Assembly: GCA_002478275.1 (NCBI GenBank)
Contig: DLMY01000024.1
Span: 1-52,933, forward strand
Length of the DNA: 52,933 nt
From: Actinobacteria bacterium UBA7524
GTDB lineage: Bacteria; Actinomycetota; Coriobacteriia; Anaerosomatales; UBA912
Direction: 5' to 3'
The notes beneath the pieces were generated by a model. The model made no database searches and had not been told where the DNA came from. It saw only the letters and a program-made list of their open reading frames with translations. The position numbers and the translations under genes are program-made. Shown here one piece after another: positions 1 through 10,053 of the stretch. How positions within the stretch are numbered: position 1 is the stretch's first letter; each line of letters opens with the position of its first letter.

Positions 1-339
1 AGCGCGACGTCCTCGTTGACCTCCAGTACGTTACCGAGCGAGCTCGTACCATCCGGGTAGTCGAGCTCGACCAGTTCACCGTAAGTGACGCCCGCCACGT
101 CCTCTACAAGCAGGAGCGGACCGACGATGTCGCGTGTGGTCATGTACTCGCGTGTCATNNNNNNNNNNNNNNNNNNNNNNNNNNNNNNNNNNNNNNNNNN
201 NNNNNNNNNNNNNNNNNNNNNNNNNNNNNNNNNNNNNNNNNNNNNNNNNNNNNNNNNNNNNNNNNNNNNNNNNNNNNNNNNNNNNNNNNNNNNNNNNNNN
301 NNNNNNNNNNNNNNNNNNGGTCATGTACTCGCGTGTCAT
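1..339 (-). CDS. atpB: V/A-type ATP synthase subunit B, 5' part (runs off the window)
   Basis: Reads MTREYMTTRDIVGPLLLVEDVAGVTYGELVELDYPDG...GNVLEV once the gap is collapsed (139-158 duplicates 319-339). Its start overlaps the subunit A stop. Confidence 0.9.
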
Positions 340-2741
340 CGCGCAACCCCCTCCTCGACGCCCTCGGCCACCAGCTGAGTCTCGATATCCGAGGAGATCT
401 CGGAGAACACGCCCATCTCTTGCTCGGTCAGGTACTTGGCTCTGGCGATACGCTCGCGAACGGGAGCCGCGAAGATGTCCGCAAGGGCCGCCCCGCCCTC
501 ATAGGCCATGACCGCGCGCTCGTGGAAGAGAAGGATCGTCTTGAGCAGGTGGTCCTGCTTCACGAGCGAGGTGAACTGGTCGTCATCGCGAAACGCGTTC
601 TGCTGCAGNNNNNNNNNNNNNNNNNNNNNNNNNNNNNNNNNNNNNNNNNNNNNNNNNNNNNNNNNNNNNNNNNNNNNNNNNNNNNNNNNNNNNNNNNNNN
701 NNNNNNNNNNNNNNNNNNNNNNNNNNNNNNNNNNNNNNNNNNNNNNNNNNNNNNNNNNNNNNNNTGCAGGAAGTCCTCGCGGATGGACTTGGCGGTCTCC
801 ATGAGAATCTGCTCCTCGGCGGATAGCGCCTCCATGCCTACCAGGCGCGCGATCTCAGCAAGCTCGCTCTCGCGCTGCAAGATCACCATGCAGCGGTCGC
901 GACGCCTGCGGAATTCCTTGCCCACCTCCCGGTCCCAATACGGGGTGATCTTCTCCAGGTACAGCGAGTAACTGGTGAGCCAGTCGATCGCGGGGAAATG
1001 GCGCTGGAACGCTAAGGTGTCCTGCAAGGCCCAGAAGACCTTCACGACCCGCAACGTGTTCTGGACGACCGGCTCAGAGAGGTCCCCGCCGGGTGGGGAG
1101 ACCGAGCCGACCACCGAAACCGAGCCGATACGCTCGTGCACGTCCTCGCGGTCGCTGGCCGTATCGGGCGTGACACCGCCTACGGCTTTGTCCGCCGCCG
1201 CCTCACCGACCGAGACGCTGCCCTCCGGCAGCGGTCGGCCCAAGGTCACTACCTTGCCGGCACGCTCATAGAAAGCGGCGAGCTTCGTGCCCAAGTATGC
1301 CGGGAAGCCTTCCTCGCCCGGCATCTCCTCNNNNNNNNNNNNNNNNNNNNNNNNNNNNNNNNNNNNNNNNNNNNNNNNNNNNNNNNNNNNNNNNNNNNNN
1401 NNNNNNNNNNNNNNNNNNNNNNNNNNNNNNNNNNNNNNNNNNNNNNNNNNNNNNNNNNNNNNNNNNNNNNNNNNNNNNNNNNNNNNNNNNNNNNNNNNNN
1501 NNNNNNNNNNNNNNNNNNNNNNNNNNNNNNNNNNNNNNNNNNNNNNNNNNNNNNNNNNNNNNNNNNNNNNNNNNNNNNNNNNNNNNNNNNNNNNNNNNNN
1601 NNNNNNNNNNNNNNNNNNNNNNNNNNNNNNNNNNNNNNNNNNNNCTTCACGAGCCGCCACCGGCATGTTCGAGGTGTTTGCGACAAGCACCGTTCGCTTC
1701 ATGAGCGGCTCGCCCGAATACGGATCGACGAGCTCGGGGAATTCCATCAACACGTCGGTCATCTCGTTGCCGCNNNNNNNNNNNNNNNNNNNNNNNNNNN
1801 NNNNNNNNNNNNNNNNNNNNNNNNNNNNNNNNNNNNNNNNNNNNNNNNNNNNNNNNNNNNNNNNNNNNNNNNNNNNNNNNNNNNNNNNNNNNNNNNNNNN
1901 NNNNNNNNNNNNNNNNNNNNNNNNNNNNNNNNNNNNNNNNNNNNNNNNNNNNNNNNNNNNNNNNNNNNNNNNNNNNGACCACCTCGGCGTTGGACCACTT
2001 GGCGATCTGGTGTTGGGTGACCGTCTTACCCGCGCCGAACGGGCCCGGGATACATGCCACTCCACCTTTGAGCAGAGGGAAGAAGGTGTCGATAACGCGG
2101 GTGCCGCTCACCAGAGGCTCGTCGACCGGGATCTTGCGTCCGTACGGCCTGGGCACACGCACCGGCCAGGACTGCATCATCTTGAGATCGTGCGAGACCC
2201 CCGAGTCCGGGTCGGTGACGGTCCCGACGGTCTGGTCGACTGTGTACGTCCCGCTCTCGATGGATTCTATACGCCCGAAGACACCCGGAGGCACCATGAT
2301 CCGATGAGTGATGACCTCGTTCTCCTGGACGATCCCTATGACGTCGCCAGCCCCTACATGCTCACCTTCGGCGACCGTGGCATGGAACAGCCATCTCGCG
2401 TCGCGATCCAGTCCCGGGGCGTGTATTCCGCGCGACAAGAACGCACCTGCCTTCGCTGCGAGCGCGTCCAGCGGCCGCTGTACGCCGTCGTAGACAGCCC
2501 CGAGCATGCCGGGGCCAAGCTCGACGGACAGCGGTGCGCCGGTGGACTCGACCGGATCGCCCGGCCCCAGTCCCTCGGTCTCCTCGTAGACCTGGACCGA
2601 GCAGCGCTCGCCTCGCATCTCTATGATCTCACCCATGAGTCCTTCCTCGCCCACACGAACGAGGTCGTACATCTTGGACCCGCCAAGACCGGTGGCTACC
2701 ACGAGCGGACCGGCGACCTTCACTATCCTTCCTTGCTCCAT
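336..2741 (-). CDS. atpA: V/A-type ATP synthase catalytic subunit A (interrupted by three N-gaps)
   Basis: Motifs [12 protein letters not shown]-loop [58 protein letters not shown] and [13 protein letters not shown]. Frame changes occur only across N-gaps. Confidence 0.95.
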
Positions 2742-3074
2742 CTACGCGTCCTCTTCCCGGATCAGGACCGTCGTGCCGAGCGCGCGCTCGATAGCCAGGT
2801 CGATCTTCTGCTGCCCCATACCGCCCGGACTCCCGGCGCCGGGAATGACCGTGACCGCCGGAACGGGCTTGTCCACCGCCTCGGCCACCAGGTCTCCGAT
2901 CGCCATGTACACCGGCTCCGTCACGAACACCACGGCGAACTCCCCGCCGGTCAGCCTGGGCCAGAGCTCCCGAACGTCGGCCGGGTCGAACACCGAGAAG
3001 ACCTCGAATCCCAGGGCCCGAAACCCCGCCACACTCGCACGGGTACCGGCTACAGCGACCTTCATCCGGCTCAT
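2742..3074 (-). CDS. V/A-type ATP synthase subunit F
   Basis: 110 aa, MKVAVAG...GFRALG...IERALG, located between C and A. Confidence 0.9.
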   Translation of the reverse strand: MSRMKVAVAGTRASVAGFRALGFEVFSVFDPADVRELWPRLTGGEFAVVFVTEPVYMAIGDLVAEAVDKPVPAVTVIPGAGSPGGMGQQKIDLAIERALGTTVLIREEDA

Positions 3075-4069
3075 GCGACCACATCCCTCAGCCGCACGCG
3101 CAACACCTCGGTCGAGACTCCGGCCAGTTTGCCGATGAGCAGGGTCCGCACCATAGCCACCTCTGCCCGACGTGCAAGCACGTACGCCACGACTGGCTCG
3201 GGTCCCACCGCCACCATTCGTGCCTGGGAGGTGATCTTCGCGACGATCGCGTCGGACACCACGTCGAGCCGCTCGGTGTCCACCAGCGCCTCGGGGTCGA
3301 CGCCCCGGAGCGGCCCATACGCCACGAGTCTCGCAGCGGCCTCCTCGAGCGGGAGACGATACAAGGACAGCAACTGCTTGAGCGATATGGAACCGCCCTC
3401 AAGCAGATAGTCCCTGGCGTCGGTCACCGTGAGCCCCTTCAGGCGCGTGCGAACGAACACTCTCACGTTGGCGAGGTCGATGAAGACGCTTGCCATTTGC
3501 TGGACGAAGCGATTGTGGGACTTGTCAGCCAGGGCCCGTATCCGTTCGTGCAGATCCCGGTCTACGACCATGTCGACCATGTCCGCTCGAACGTTGCCCT
3601 CGCCATCCGAGACCACCGCGCGCAACCGCTGGTACACTGCGGCCAGCGGCGACGGGAGTTTGCCTGCGACGAGGTCCGCGACGCTCGAAGCGCCCGTGCC
3701 ACCCAGCAACTCCGCAGGCGAGACGTCGTGCGCCTGAGCCTTGAGTAGACCCCGGACCTCTTCATAGTCGTCACGCAGACCGAAGAGCTCCGCTATCTCA
3801 GCGGGCAGGTTCGCGCTACACAGGAACTCCCGGTGCAAGTCGCCGAGCACCCGCTCCAGAGCCCGCTCAACATCGTCGACACGCTTCGCGCCCTCGAGGT
3901 AAGCGCCGTAGACCGTCTCCGAGAGGATCTTGTGCTGCTCCTCGAAGTCAGCAGCTGCCAGAAGCCGTTCGAAGTGCGAACGCTTGAGCAACTTGGTCTC
4001 GAGCACGCGGACGCGCCCGACAGCGAAGCCGTAGCGCAACGGGTCGCGTATGGCGGTGCCGTAGCTCAC
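3071..4069 (-). CDS. V/A-type ATP synthase subunit C (d)
   Basis: 332 aa, YGFAVGRVRVLETKLL and IDLANVR...GPEPVVAY motifs; operon position. Confidence 0.9.
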   Translation of the reverse strand: MSYGTAIRDPLRYGFAVGRVRVLETKLLKRSHFERLLAAADFEEQHKILSETVYGAYLEGAKRVDDVERALERVLGDLHREFLCSANLPAEIAELFGLRDDYEEVRGLLKAQAHDVSPAELLGGTGASSVADLVAGKLPSPLAAVYQRLRAVVSDGEGNVRADMVDMVVDRDLHERIRALADKSHNRFVQQMASVFIDLANVRVFVRTRLKGLTVTDARDYLLEGGSISLKQLLSLYRLPLEEAAARLVAYGPLRGVDPEALVDTERLDVVSDAIVAKITSQARMVAVGPEPVVAYVLARRAEVAMVRTLLIGKLAGVSTEVLRVRLRDVVA

Positions 4070-4659
4070 GACTCGGTGTCCTCCTCGGCGAACATGCGCG
4101 TGGCGGCGGCGGCCTCGAGCTCGTTGCGGCGCGCCGTGACCATGGCGGCGACCGAGACTTCCACGTTCATGCGCTGGCCTTTGACCAGAAGCCCGTGCTC
4201 AAGGGAGTCCGCGCTCCCTGCGATGTGTACGTCGACCCCTGCGTCTGCCAACGCGGCCGGCAGTACCGTTGCAAGACGTTCCGCATCACCGTGGCCTATC
4301 TCCAGCACCTCGCCACCACGAACCACCTGGGCCACCTGACGCGCCAGGAACGCCGCGTAACGTTCGTCCGGCATCGCAACGACCCTCTTCGTGGCCTCGA
4401 TCAACGCCCGGCCGAGAAGCACCCGCTTCTCGGCGATGATGCGATCCCTGCCACGGAGTCGCGCGGCCGCCAGCCGTGTATGGGCCTCCTCGGCGGCTTG
4501 CGCGGAAAGGCGTTCGAGTTCGCGCTCCTTACGCCTCGCCGCCTCGTGCTCCGCATTGGAGCGCACGCGCTCTGACTCGGCATGGGCCTCCGCGACGATG
4601 GCTTCGGCCTCGATGCGCGTGTCGGACTCTATGCGTCTGATGATATCTGCGAGCGCCAC
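4066..4659 (-). CDS. V/A-type ATP synthase subunit E
   Basis: 197 aa with helical N-terminus (MALADIIRRIESD...AEAIVAEA); operon position. Confidence 0.85.
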   Translation of the reverse strand: MALADIIRRIESDTRIEAEAIVAEAHAESERVRSNAEHEAARRKERELERLSAQAAEEAHTRLAAARLRGRDRIIAEKRVLLGRALIEATKRVVAMPDERYAAFLARQVAQVVRGGEVLEIGHGDAERLATVLPAALADAGVDVHIAGSADSLEHGLLVKGQRMNVEVSVAAMVTARRNELEAAAATRMFAEEDTES

Positions 4660-4662
4660 GGT

Positions 4663-5151
4663 CTACCCCGACAACGTGATCAGCATGAGCACAGTGACGA
4701 TCAGCGAAAGCACGGCGTAAGTCTCGACGAGCGCAGGGAAGATGAGTGACTTACCGGCGTCCTCGTCGCGACGGGCGACCATACCTGCCGAACCGACCGC
4801 AGTAGCTCCCTGGTAGATGCCCGATACCATGCACAGGGCCGCGACGGGCAGACACGCGTAGAAGATCCGCATGCCCTCGGTAGCGCTCAAATCCGGCACC
4901 CCGTCGAAGAACCCGAAGAAGATCAGCACCAACAGAGCGGTGATGAACCCGTAGATGCCTTGCGTGCCCGGCATCGCTGAGAGCGGCAGCAATTTGCCGA
5001 ACTTATCGGCGTCCTCGGAGATTATCCCGGTAGCCGCGCTGCTGACCGTGGTGATGCCGATCGCGGAACCGATGCCTCCCCCGATCGCAGCGAGTGCGGC
5101 GCCGAACAGCGCCCACTCGACCCCCGACATCCCCAACACGAACTCTTTCAC
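4663..5151 (-). CDS. ntpK: V-type ATP synthase subunit K (c), four-helix NtpK type
   Basis: 162 aa hydrophobic protein with PGTQGIYGF, GIYQG and ALVETYA motifs. Confidence 0.93.
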   Translation of the reverse strand: MKEFVLGMSGVEWALFGAALAAIGGGIGSAIGITTVSSAATGIISEDADKFGKLLPLSAMPGTQGIYGFITALLVLIFFGFFDGVPDLSATEGMRIFYACLPVAALCMVSGIYQGATAVGSAGMVARRDEDAGKSLIFPALVETYAVLSLIVTVLMLITLSG

Positions 5152-7139
5152 GAGTGCGTTCCTCCTTCCTGCTCACCCGCAACCGGGTGTAGCACCAACG
5201 ACGTGGTCCGGCGGGCAAACGGCTTGTACGGCCTGCCGCCGGCCTCGTAGAACCTTCCGAAGAACTCCACGAACTGCAGACGCGCAGGATGCACGAACGC
5301 GCCGAGGAGGTTGATCACCAGGTTGAACGCGTGTCCCACCACAAGGATCAGCGCCGCGGCGACGATACCGATGCCCCAGGGCGCCCCGACGACCATCTCA
5401 GCCAGGATGTTCATGACCTGCCCGACCAGTAGGCTGGCAAGTCCCAGCGCCGCCAGACGCGTATAGGACAGGAAGTCCGACAGATACCCGGTCAGCCCGT
5501 ACAGTCCCAGCAGCCCTTTCGGTATGCCGAGGAGAGCCTTGAGCGGGTTGCGCTCCACCACGAGCATCTCCGTCACGCGTCCGGCAAGCAGGACCGCGAC
5601 CACAGCCGTCCATGCGAACGGTGTGATCTGGCCGGTCATGAAGGTCGCGGCAAGTCCGCCGAGCAAGAGCAGGCCGGAAAGGTCCTCCTGTACCGCCGAC
5701 CACCAGTCTCCCGCCTTGGCGCGCCGGTAGACGTTCACCAGCGTACCGAAGACCACGTGCACCACACCGATGGCGACAGAGGCCAGAAGCAAGACGATGA
5801 TGTCATCGAGCGGGTCGAGCAACGGTTCGTAACGCATGAATCCCGGCAGCGCCTCGGCAGTGAGCGAGAAGTAGCTGCGTGTCGCCACGCCCACGATGGC
5901 AGATGCCAGCCCCCCCGCGATGAGAAGATCCATGAACCGCTTCACACCCGGCGCGACATCGAGCCGGGTCTTCATCAGATAGGCGGCCAGCATCAGGACG
6001 ACCCCGTACCCCGCATCTCCGATACACATGCCGAAGAACAGGAAGAAGAACCCCGCGAGCAACGGCGTCGGATCGACATCTCCGTACGCCGGCCGACCGT
6101 ACAAGTCCGTGAGCACCTCGAAGGGCCGGATGAACCAGGGGTTCTCGAGTGCAACGGGCACCCTCTCACCCTCTTGTGGTGCGCGGAAGGTGATGTCTAC
6201 CTCCTCGCCCGCACAGCGAACGGCCTCTTCCACTTGTTCGCGAGCGCTGACGGGCACCCATCCGGTAGCCAGGAACGTCCTCTCCGTAGCCGCGAAGTTG
6301 TCGCGCACCTCAAGAGCGTCGCGCCTGGTCAGAAGCGCCTGCACCAAGGCCACGGCATAGTGGAACTCGCGCTCGAGCTCTGCCGCGCGCTCCCTAAGCC
6401 GCTCCTCTTCCCGGCCGAGCTCCTGGATCCGGGTCCGGGCGTCCTCGATCTCCTCGGCGGGATAGTCCTTGAGATCGGGGAATGCGACCTCTGTGAACTC
6501 CGTCAGCGCCAGCGCCGCACGGATATCGTCGACGGATGCGCGGTGTGCCATGACGACCCACGCCTCCAGGTCGCGGGACCTGCCCGCTTCCTGGATCGAG
6601 AGGTCTGCGGAGACCTGCCGCATCGACTCACGGATCGCCTCCGAATGCAGCACGGGAACCGTGCCGGTGAACAGCATGACGTGTTCGGTGCCCTTCCACT
6701 GCGAGATCTGCAGGTGCAGACCTGCCCAGGGTTCGAGTTCATGGATGAGCACCTTGAGATGCTCACGCTCTCGCGCGATCTCAGCGAGCCGGGAGGCGAT
6801 GGACTCGCACTCACCGTACAGCTCGTCGAAGAACTCGTCGGCAGCCAGCCCATCGAACTCCGCAAGCCCGATATGGACCTTCTCGGAGATGAACGACTTG
6901 AACGCGACGTCAGACGTGTGGAACCTGCCGAGGAAATCCCTGACGAACTGTGCTCGCGCAACGTCCTCATCCAGGACGTTGCGGCGTTCGGCGTGCGCCG
7001 ACGGTCGCGTGATGCCGCCTCTCTCCATCTCGATGCGCTCGATGTCGACGGCCCCGGCATCCTGCATACACTGGACGACGTCGTCGGCGTGTGCCGAGTG
7101 TCCGATCACATCAACCTTGAGCATGCGAGCGATGGCCAT
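5148..7139 (-). CDS. ntpI: V/A-type ATP synthase subunit I (a)
   Basis: 663 aa with P.YGDVDPTP, FFGMCIGDAGYG, SDFLSYTRLAALGL and HPARLQFVEFFGRFY motifs. Confidence 0.95.
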   Translation of the reverse strand: MAIARMLKVDVIGHSAHADDVVQCMQDAGAVDIERIEMERGGITRPSAHAERRNVLDEDVARAQFVRDFLGRFHTSDVAFKSFISEKVHIGLAEFDGLAADEFFDELYGECESIASRLAEIAREREHLKVLIHELEPWAGLHLQISQWKGTEHVMLFTGTVPVLHSEAIRESMRQVSADLSIQEAGRSRDLEAWVVMAHRASVDDIRAALALTEFTEVAFPDLKDYPAEEIEDARTRIQELGREEERLRERAAELEREFHYAVALVQALLTRRDALEVRDNFAATERTFLATGWVPVSAREQVEEAVRCAGEEVDITFRAPQEGERVPVALENPWFIRPFEVLTDLYGRPAYGDVDPTPLLAGFFFLFFGMCIGDAGYGVVLMLAAYLMKTRLDVAPGVKRFMDLLIAGGLASAIVGVATRSYFSLTAEALPGFMRYEPLLDPLDDIIVLLLASVAIGVVHVVFGTLVNVYRRAKAGDWWSAVQEDLSGLLLLGGLAATFMTGQITPFAWTAVVAVLLAGRVTEMLVVERNPLKALLGIPKGLLGLYGLTGYLSDFLSYTRLAALGLASLLVGQVMNILAEMVVGAPWGIGIVAAALILVVGHAFNLVINLLGAFVHPARLQFVEFFGRFYEAGGRPYKPFARRTTSLVLHPVAGEQEGGTHS

Positions 7140-7146
7140 GGTGACC

Positions 7147-7452
7147 TCACTCCATGAGAGCCGCGATGACGGCCTCGACCGCGTCGTCGTAGTGCGACTC
7201 GGCCTGACGCACCACGTCGCCCAGGGCGCTCTCCGCGTCCCGCTCGATCACTGCGGCCTGCGCCTCCGCGTCGCGCAGGGCGGCGGCACGCAAGGCGGCA
7301 CCCTCTTCGCCCGTCTCGCGTTCGGAGACCATGCCGATCAGCTCGACCTCGTTGCGCAGCTCCCGCATGATCTCACGGGCCTGTGTGCGGGCGTCCGCAA
7401 TCGCCCGGCGTGACGCCTCCTCGGCGTGCAATATCGCTTCGAGCTTCTCCAT
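7147..7452 (-). CDS. V/A-type ATP synthase peripheral stalk subunit G/H
   Basis: 101 aa Ala/Glu/Arg-rich helical protein (MEKLEAILHAEEASRRAIADAR). First gene of the operon, with a G-rich RBS upstream. The longer ORF to 8109 overlaps capA antisense and is spurious. Confidence 0.8.
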   Translation of the reverse strand: MEKLEAILHAEEASRRAIADARTQAREIMRELRNEVELIGMVSERETGEEGAALRAAALRDAEAQAAVIERDAESALGDVVRQAESHYDDAVEAVIAALME

Positions 7453-7487
7453 CTGCGGGCATCCCCTACCCCGGCATGAATGCAGCG

Positions 7488-7532
7488 ATTGTAGCACTCG
7501 CCTGCCGGTGCGAGCGCTTCCCTGGCTATAAT
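7488..7532. promoter_or_regulatory. Divergent sigma70-type promoters (ATPase operon and capA)
   Basis: Extended -10 TGcTACAAT on the minus strand (attgta 7488-7493) and TATAAT on the plus strand (7527-7532). Confidence 0.5.
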
Positions 7533-7548
7533 GTTCTGCATCTGACCG

Positions 7549-8796
7549 ATGAATCCCCCTTCTGAAAGACCTCCGATGCGCGAACCAGTGATCCGTACAC
7601 GCTCCGCTGCACGCGAGATGAGGCGACACAAGGCACGCCGCATGCGTGCGGTGTTCGCCGTGTCCGCGCTGCTGGTTGTAGCTGCCGCAGGCGTGGTCCT
7701 CGCGCTGGGCGCCCTGCGGTCCGGAAACGGTCAGCCCGCTGACGCCGACACCGCTTCGCCTGTCACACAACCCCCCGCAGTCACCACGCCTACCGTCCCC
7801 GTCGCCGAGGAACCCACCGCTCCCCCCGAACCCTCGGGGCCGGCAACCATCACGATAGCAGCCGTCGGTGACATGATCTTCGACCGGCAGGTCAAGAAGC
7901 TGATCGAATCGAAGGGCGGACTGGAGCCACTGCGGCACGTCGCCGAACACCTGGCGGCGGCCGACATCGCGGTAGGCAATCTGGAGAGCCCTCTTTCCTC
8001 GGCAGGCACGAAGAACACCGCCAAGGACGTCACGTTCCGGGGCGACCCGCGGGCGGTCGAGGGCCTGAGCGCGGCCGGATTCGACTTTCTCGCTCTCGCC
8101 AACAACCACGTGCTCGACTACGGTCCGGACGCGCTGTCGGACACCGTCTCGCTACTCGACGGAGCGGGAATCGCACATGCAGGAGCCGGGATGAACAGGG
8201 CCGAGGCCTGGCAACCCGCTGTGCGCGAGATCGACGGCACCAGCGTGGCGTTCCTGTCGTTCTCACACATCCTGCCGGCCGGTTTCATCGCCACCGATTC
8301 GAAAGCCGGACTCGCCCCGGGGCGGACCGACATGGCAGCTGTCGCCGAAGCCGTTCGCGCGGCCAAGGCCGAACATGACTACGTGATCGTCTCGTTCCAC
8401 TGGGGTGTCGAGTACAAGGACGATGCGAACGGGGATCAGGTGCGCGACGGGCGCACTGCCGTCGACGCCGGTGCCGATATGGTGCTCTCGCACCACCCGC
8501 ACGTCATTCAGGGCATCGAGTTCTACAACGGTTCGCTCATCGCATATTCGCTGGGCGACTTCGTGTTCGACCACTACTCACGCAAGACCGGGGAAGCGTT
8601 CATCCTTGACGCCGAGCTGGGACCGCATGGGGTCGCCAACGTCCGGGCCACGCCGGTCTACCTGCAAGGATTCGGACAGCCGAAGTTCGTCAGCGGCCAA
8701 GAGGCCACGGTGATACTTGAGCGCCTCAAGAAGATCTCCGGCCCTCACGGCACCAGCGTGGTCATCGAGGGCGATACTGCGGCGGTGCTACCGTGA
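7549..8796 (+). CDS. CapA/PgsA-family (poly-gamma-glutamate synthesis-like) metallophosphoesterase-fold membrane protein
   Basis: N-terminal TM helix and Pro/Thr linker, then AVGD, GNLESP, LANNHVLDYG, SFHWGVEY, SHHPHVIQ and YSLGDFVFD motifs. Confidence 0.9.
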   Translation: MNPPSERPPMREPVIRTRSAAREMRRHKARRMRAVFAVSALLVVAAAGVVLALGALRSGNGQPADADTASPVTQPPAVTTPTVPVAEEPTAPPEPSGPATITIAAVGDMIFDRQVKKLIESKGGLEPLRHVAEHLAAADIAVGNLESPLSSAGTKNTAKDVTFRGDPRAVEGLSAAGFDFLALANNHVLDYGPDALSDTVSLLDGAGIAHAGAGMNRAEAWQPAVREIDGTSVAFLSFSHILPAGFIATDSKAGLAPGRTDMAAVAEAVRAAKAEHDYVIVSFHWGVEYKDDANGDQVRDGRTAVDAGADMVLSHHPHVIQGIEFYNGSLIAYSLGDFVFDHYSRKTGEAFILDAELGPHGVANVRATPVYLQGFGQPKFVSGQEATVILERLKKISGPHGTSVVIEGDTAAVLP

Positions 8797-9749
8797 GGCG
8801 CCACCCCCACAACCCGGGCAGCGCTTCCGGCGGCCGATCACGACGCCCCTTGTCCGACGACCCGCTGGTGCGTCATGCCGGCGACCCGCGACGTCGCCAG
8901 ATCCTCGAGCAACGGCACCTGCGACTGCGCGAGCAGCGTCGGCGTGCCACGCAGCGGGCGCTCTACCTGCAGATCGCCGCGCTCGTGACGGTCGTCTCTC
9001 TACTCGTGGGCATCGTGTGGACGGTGACCCGAGACCCAGCCCCCACCGCCGCCAGTGGACAGGCCCACGCAGGCACGGTCGCCGAACTCGCCGACAAGAT
9101 GGCGGTCGCGAAGAAGCCCCCCGGCGATCCGACGCCGTTCTTCGCCCGCTATCGCAGCCTGCACCTCTACCTCCCGATCCCGCCGGGCACACTGACCGAG
9201 ATCGCATTCCACCAGGCATCGAGTGACGTCGCTTTGCATATGGAGTCCCTGCTGCCCGATGCCGACATGGGCACCGCTGCCTCGACCCGAGGAACGGGCC
9301 GGGTGAAGGTCGTCGACCAGACAGCAGGTCCCGCAGAGCTCAAGGGCGAGGTTCTGAGAATGTGGCGCTCCAACCGTACTGGGCCTCCGGACACCGCGGT
9401 CGACATCGGCGCAGCGCCGGGCACGCCCGTCTTCGCCCCGGTGACCGGAACCGTCGTGGAGGTACGTGCGTACCGTCTCTACGACAAGCACGACGACTAC
9501 GAGATCCACATCCAGCCCGCCGGATGGCCCGAGATCGACGTCGTCCTGATACATGTGGACGCGCCGTGCGTCGAGGCCGGCGACCAGGTCTTCGGCGGAC
9601 TCACGCAGATCGCCGAGGTCAGGCGCTTGTCAGATCGCGTCGACCATCAGCTTGGCGGCTACACGGCAGACGGCGGCGACCACGTGCACATCCAGCTCAA
9701 CCGGACGGCAGTGCCCGGCAGACTCGACGGCCTCACCGAGGGCTCCTGA
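8793..9749 (+). CDS. Membrane-anchored M23-like peptidase domain protein (atypical metal motif)
   Basis: TM helix, then DTAVDIGAAPGTPVFAPVTGTV...LIHVD...HVHIQL. The start overlaps the capA stop (GTGA). Confidence 0.7.
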   Translation: MRRHPHNPGSASGGRSRRPLSDDPLVRHAGDPRRRQILEQRHLRLREQRRRATQRALYLQIAALVTVVSLLVGIVWTVTRDPAPTAASGQAHAGTVAELADKMAVAKKPPGDPTPFFARYRSLHLYLPIPPGTLTEIAFHQASSDVALHMESLLPDADMGTAASTRGTGRVKVVDQTAGPAELKGEVLRMWRSNRTGPPDTAVDIGAAPGTPVFAPVTGTVVEVRAYRLYDKHDDYEIHIQPAGWPEIDVVLIHVDAPCVEAGDQVFGGLTQIAEVRRLSDRVDHQLGGYTADGGDHVHIQLNRTAVPGRLDGLTEGS

Positions 9750-9933
9750 TGAACCCCCGGAATCTTCGGTCGAACTCGTAGCGCTCCATCATCACCGAAC
9801 GGTCGCAACCCAGGCACTTGAGCTTGATGTCGGCCCCCACCCGGGTGACCTCCCATTCGTTGGTGCCGCACGGGTGAGGCTTCTTCAAACGCACGACATC
9901 GCCTACGCGAATCGGTGTGATGGGTATCGCCAC
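9733..9933 (-). CDS. DUF951 (YyzM-like) small protein
   Basis: 66 aa, VGDVVRLKKPHPCGTNEWEVTRVGADIKLKCLGCDR. GTG start with a purine-rich RBS. Confidence 0.9.
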   Translation of the reverse strand: MAIPITPIRVGDVVRLKKPHPCGTNEWEVTRVGADIKLKCLGCDRSVMMERYEFDRRFRGFIRSPR

Positions 9934-10053
9934 GTCCTCGCCTTCCTCGGCATCATGGTGCGCCTTGCCGCGAGACACGCTCTCGCGGGATGCGCCTTCT
10001 CGCGGTATAAGGGAGTATAGCCCGCACGGAGCGGGCGAATCGAGGAGGCCACC

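Noticed and set aside
1774..1976. Possible intein hidden in the atpA gap at the YVG/CGERGNE site
   Set aside because: The gap is only ~200 nt, too short even for a mini-intein, and other gaps here are overestimated. The P-loop insertion site is intact.
336..2741. atpA, abrB and rsmI as frameshifted pseudogenes
   Set aside because: All frame changes coincide with N-gaps; the sequenced parts are intact.
7549..8796. Poly-gamma-glutamate capsule operon
   Set aside because: Only a CapA-domain gene is present; capB and capC are not in the window, and stand-alone CapA proteins are common.
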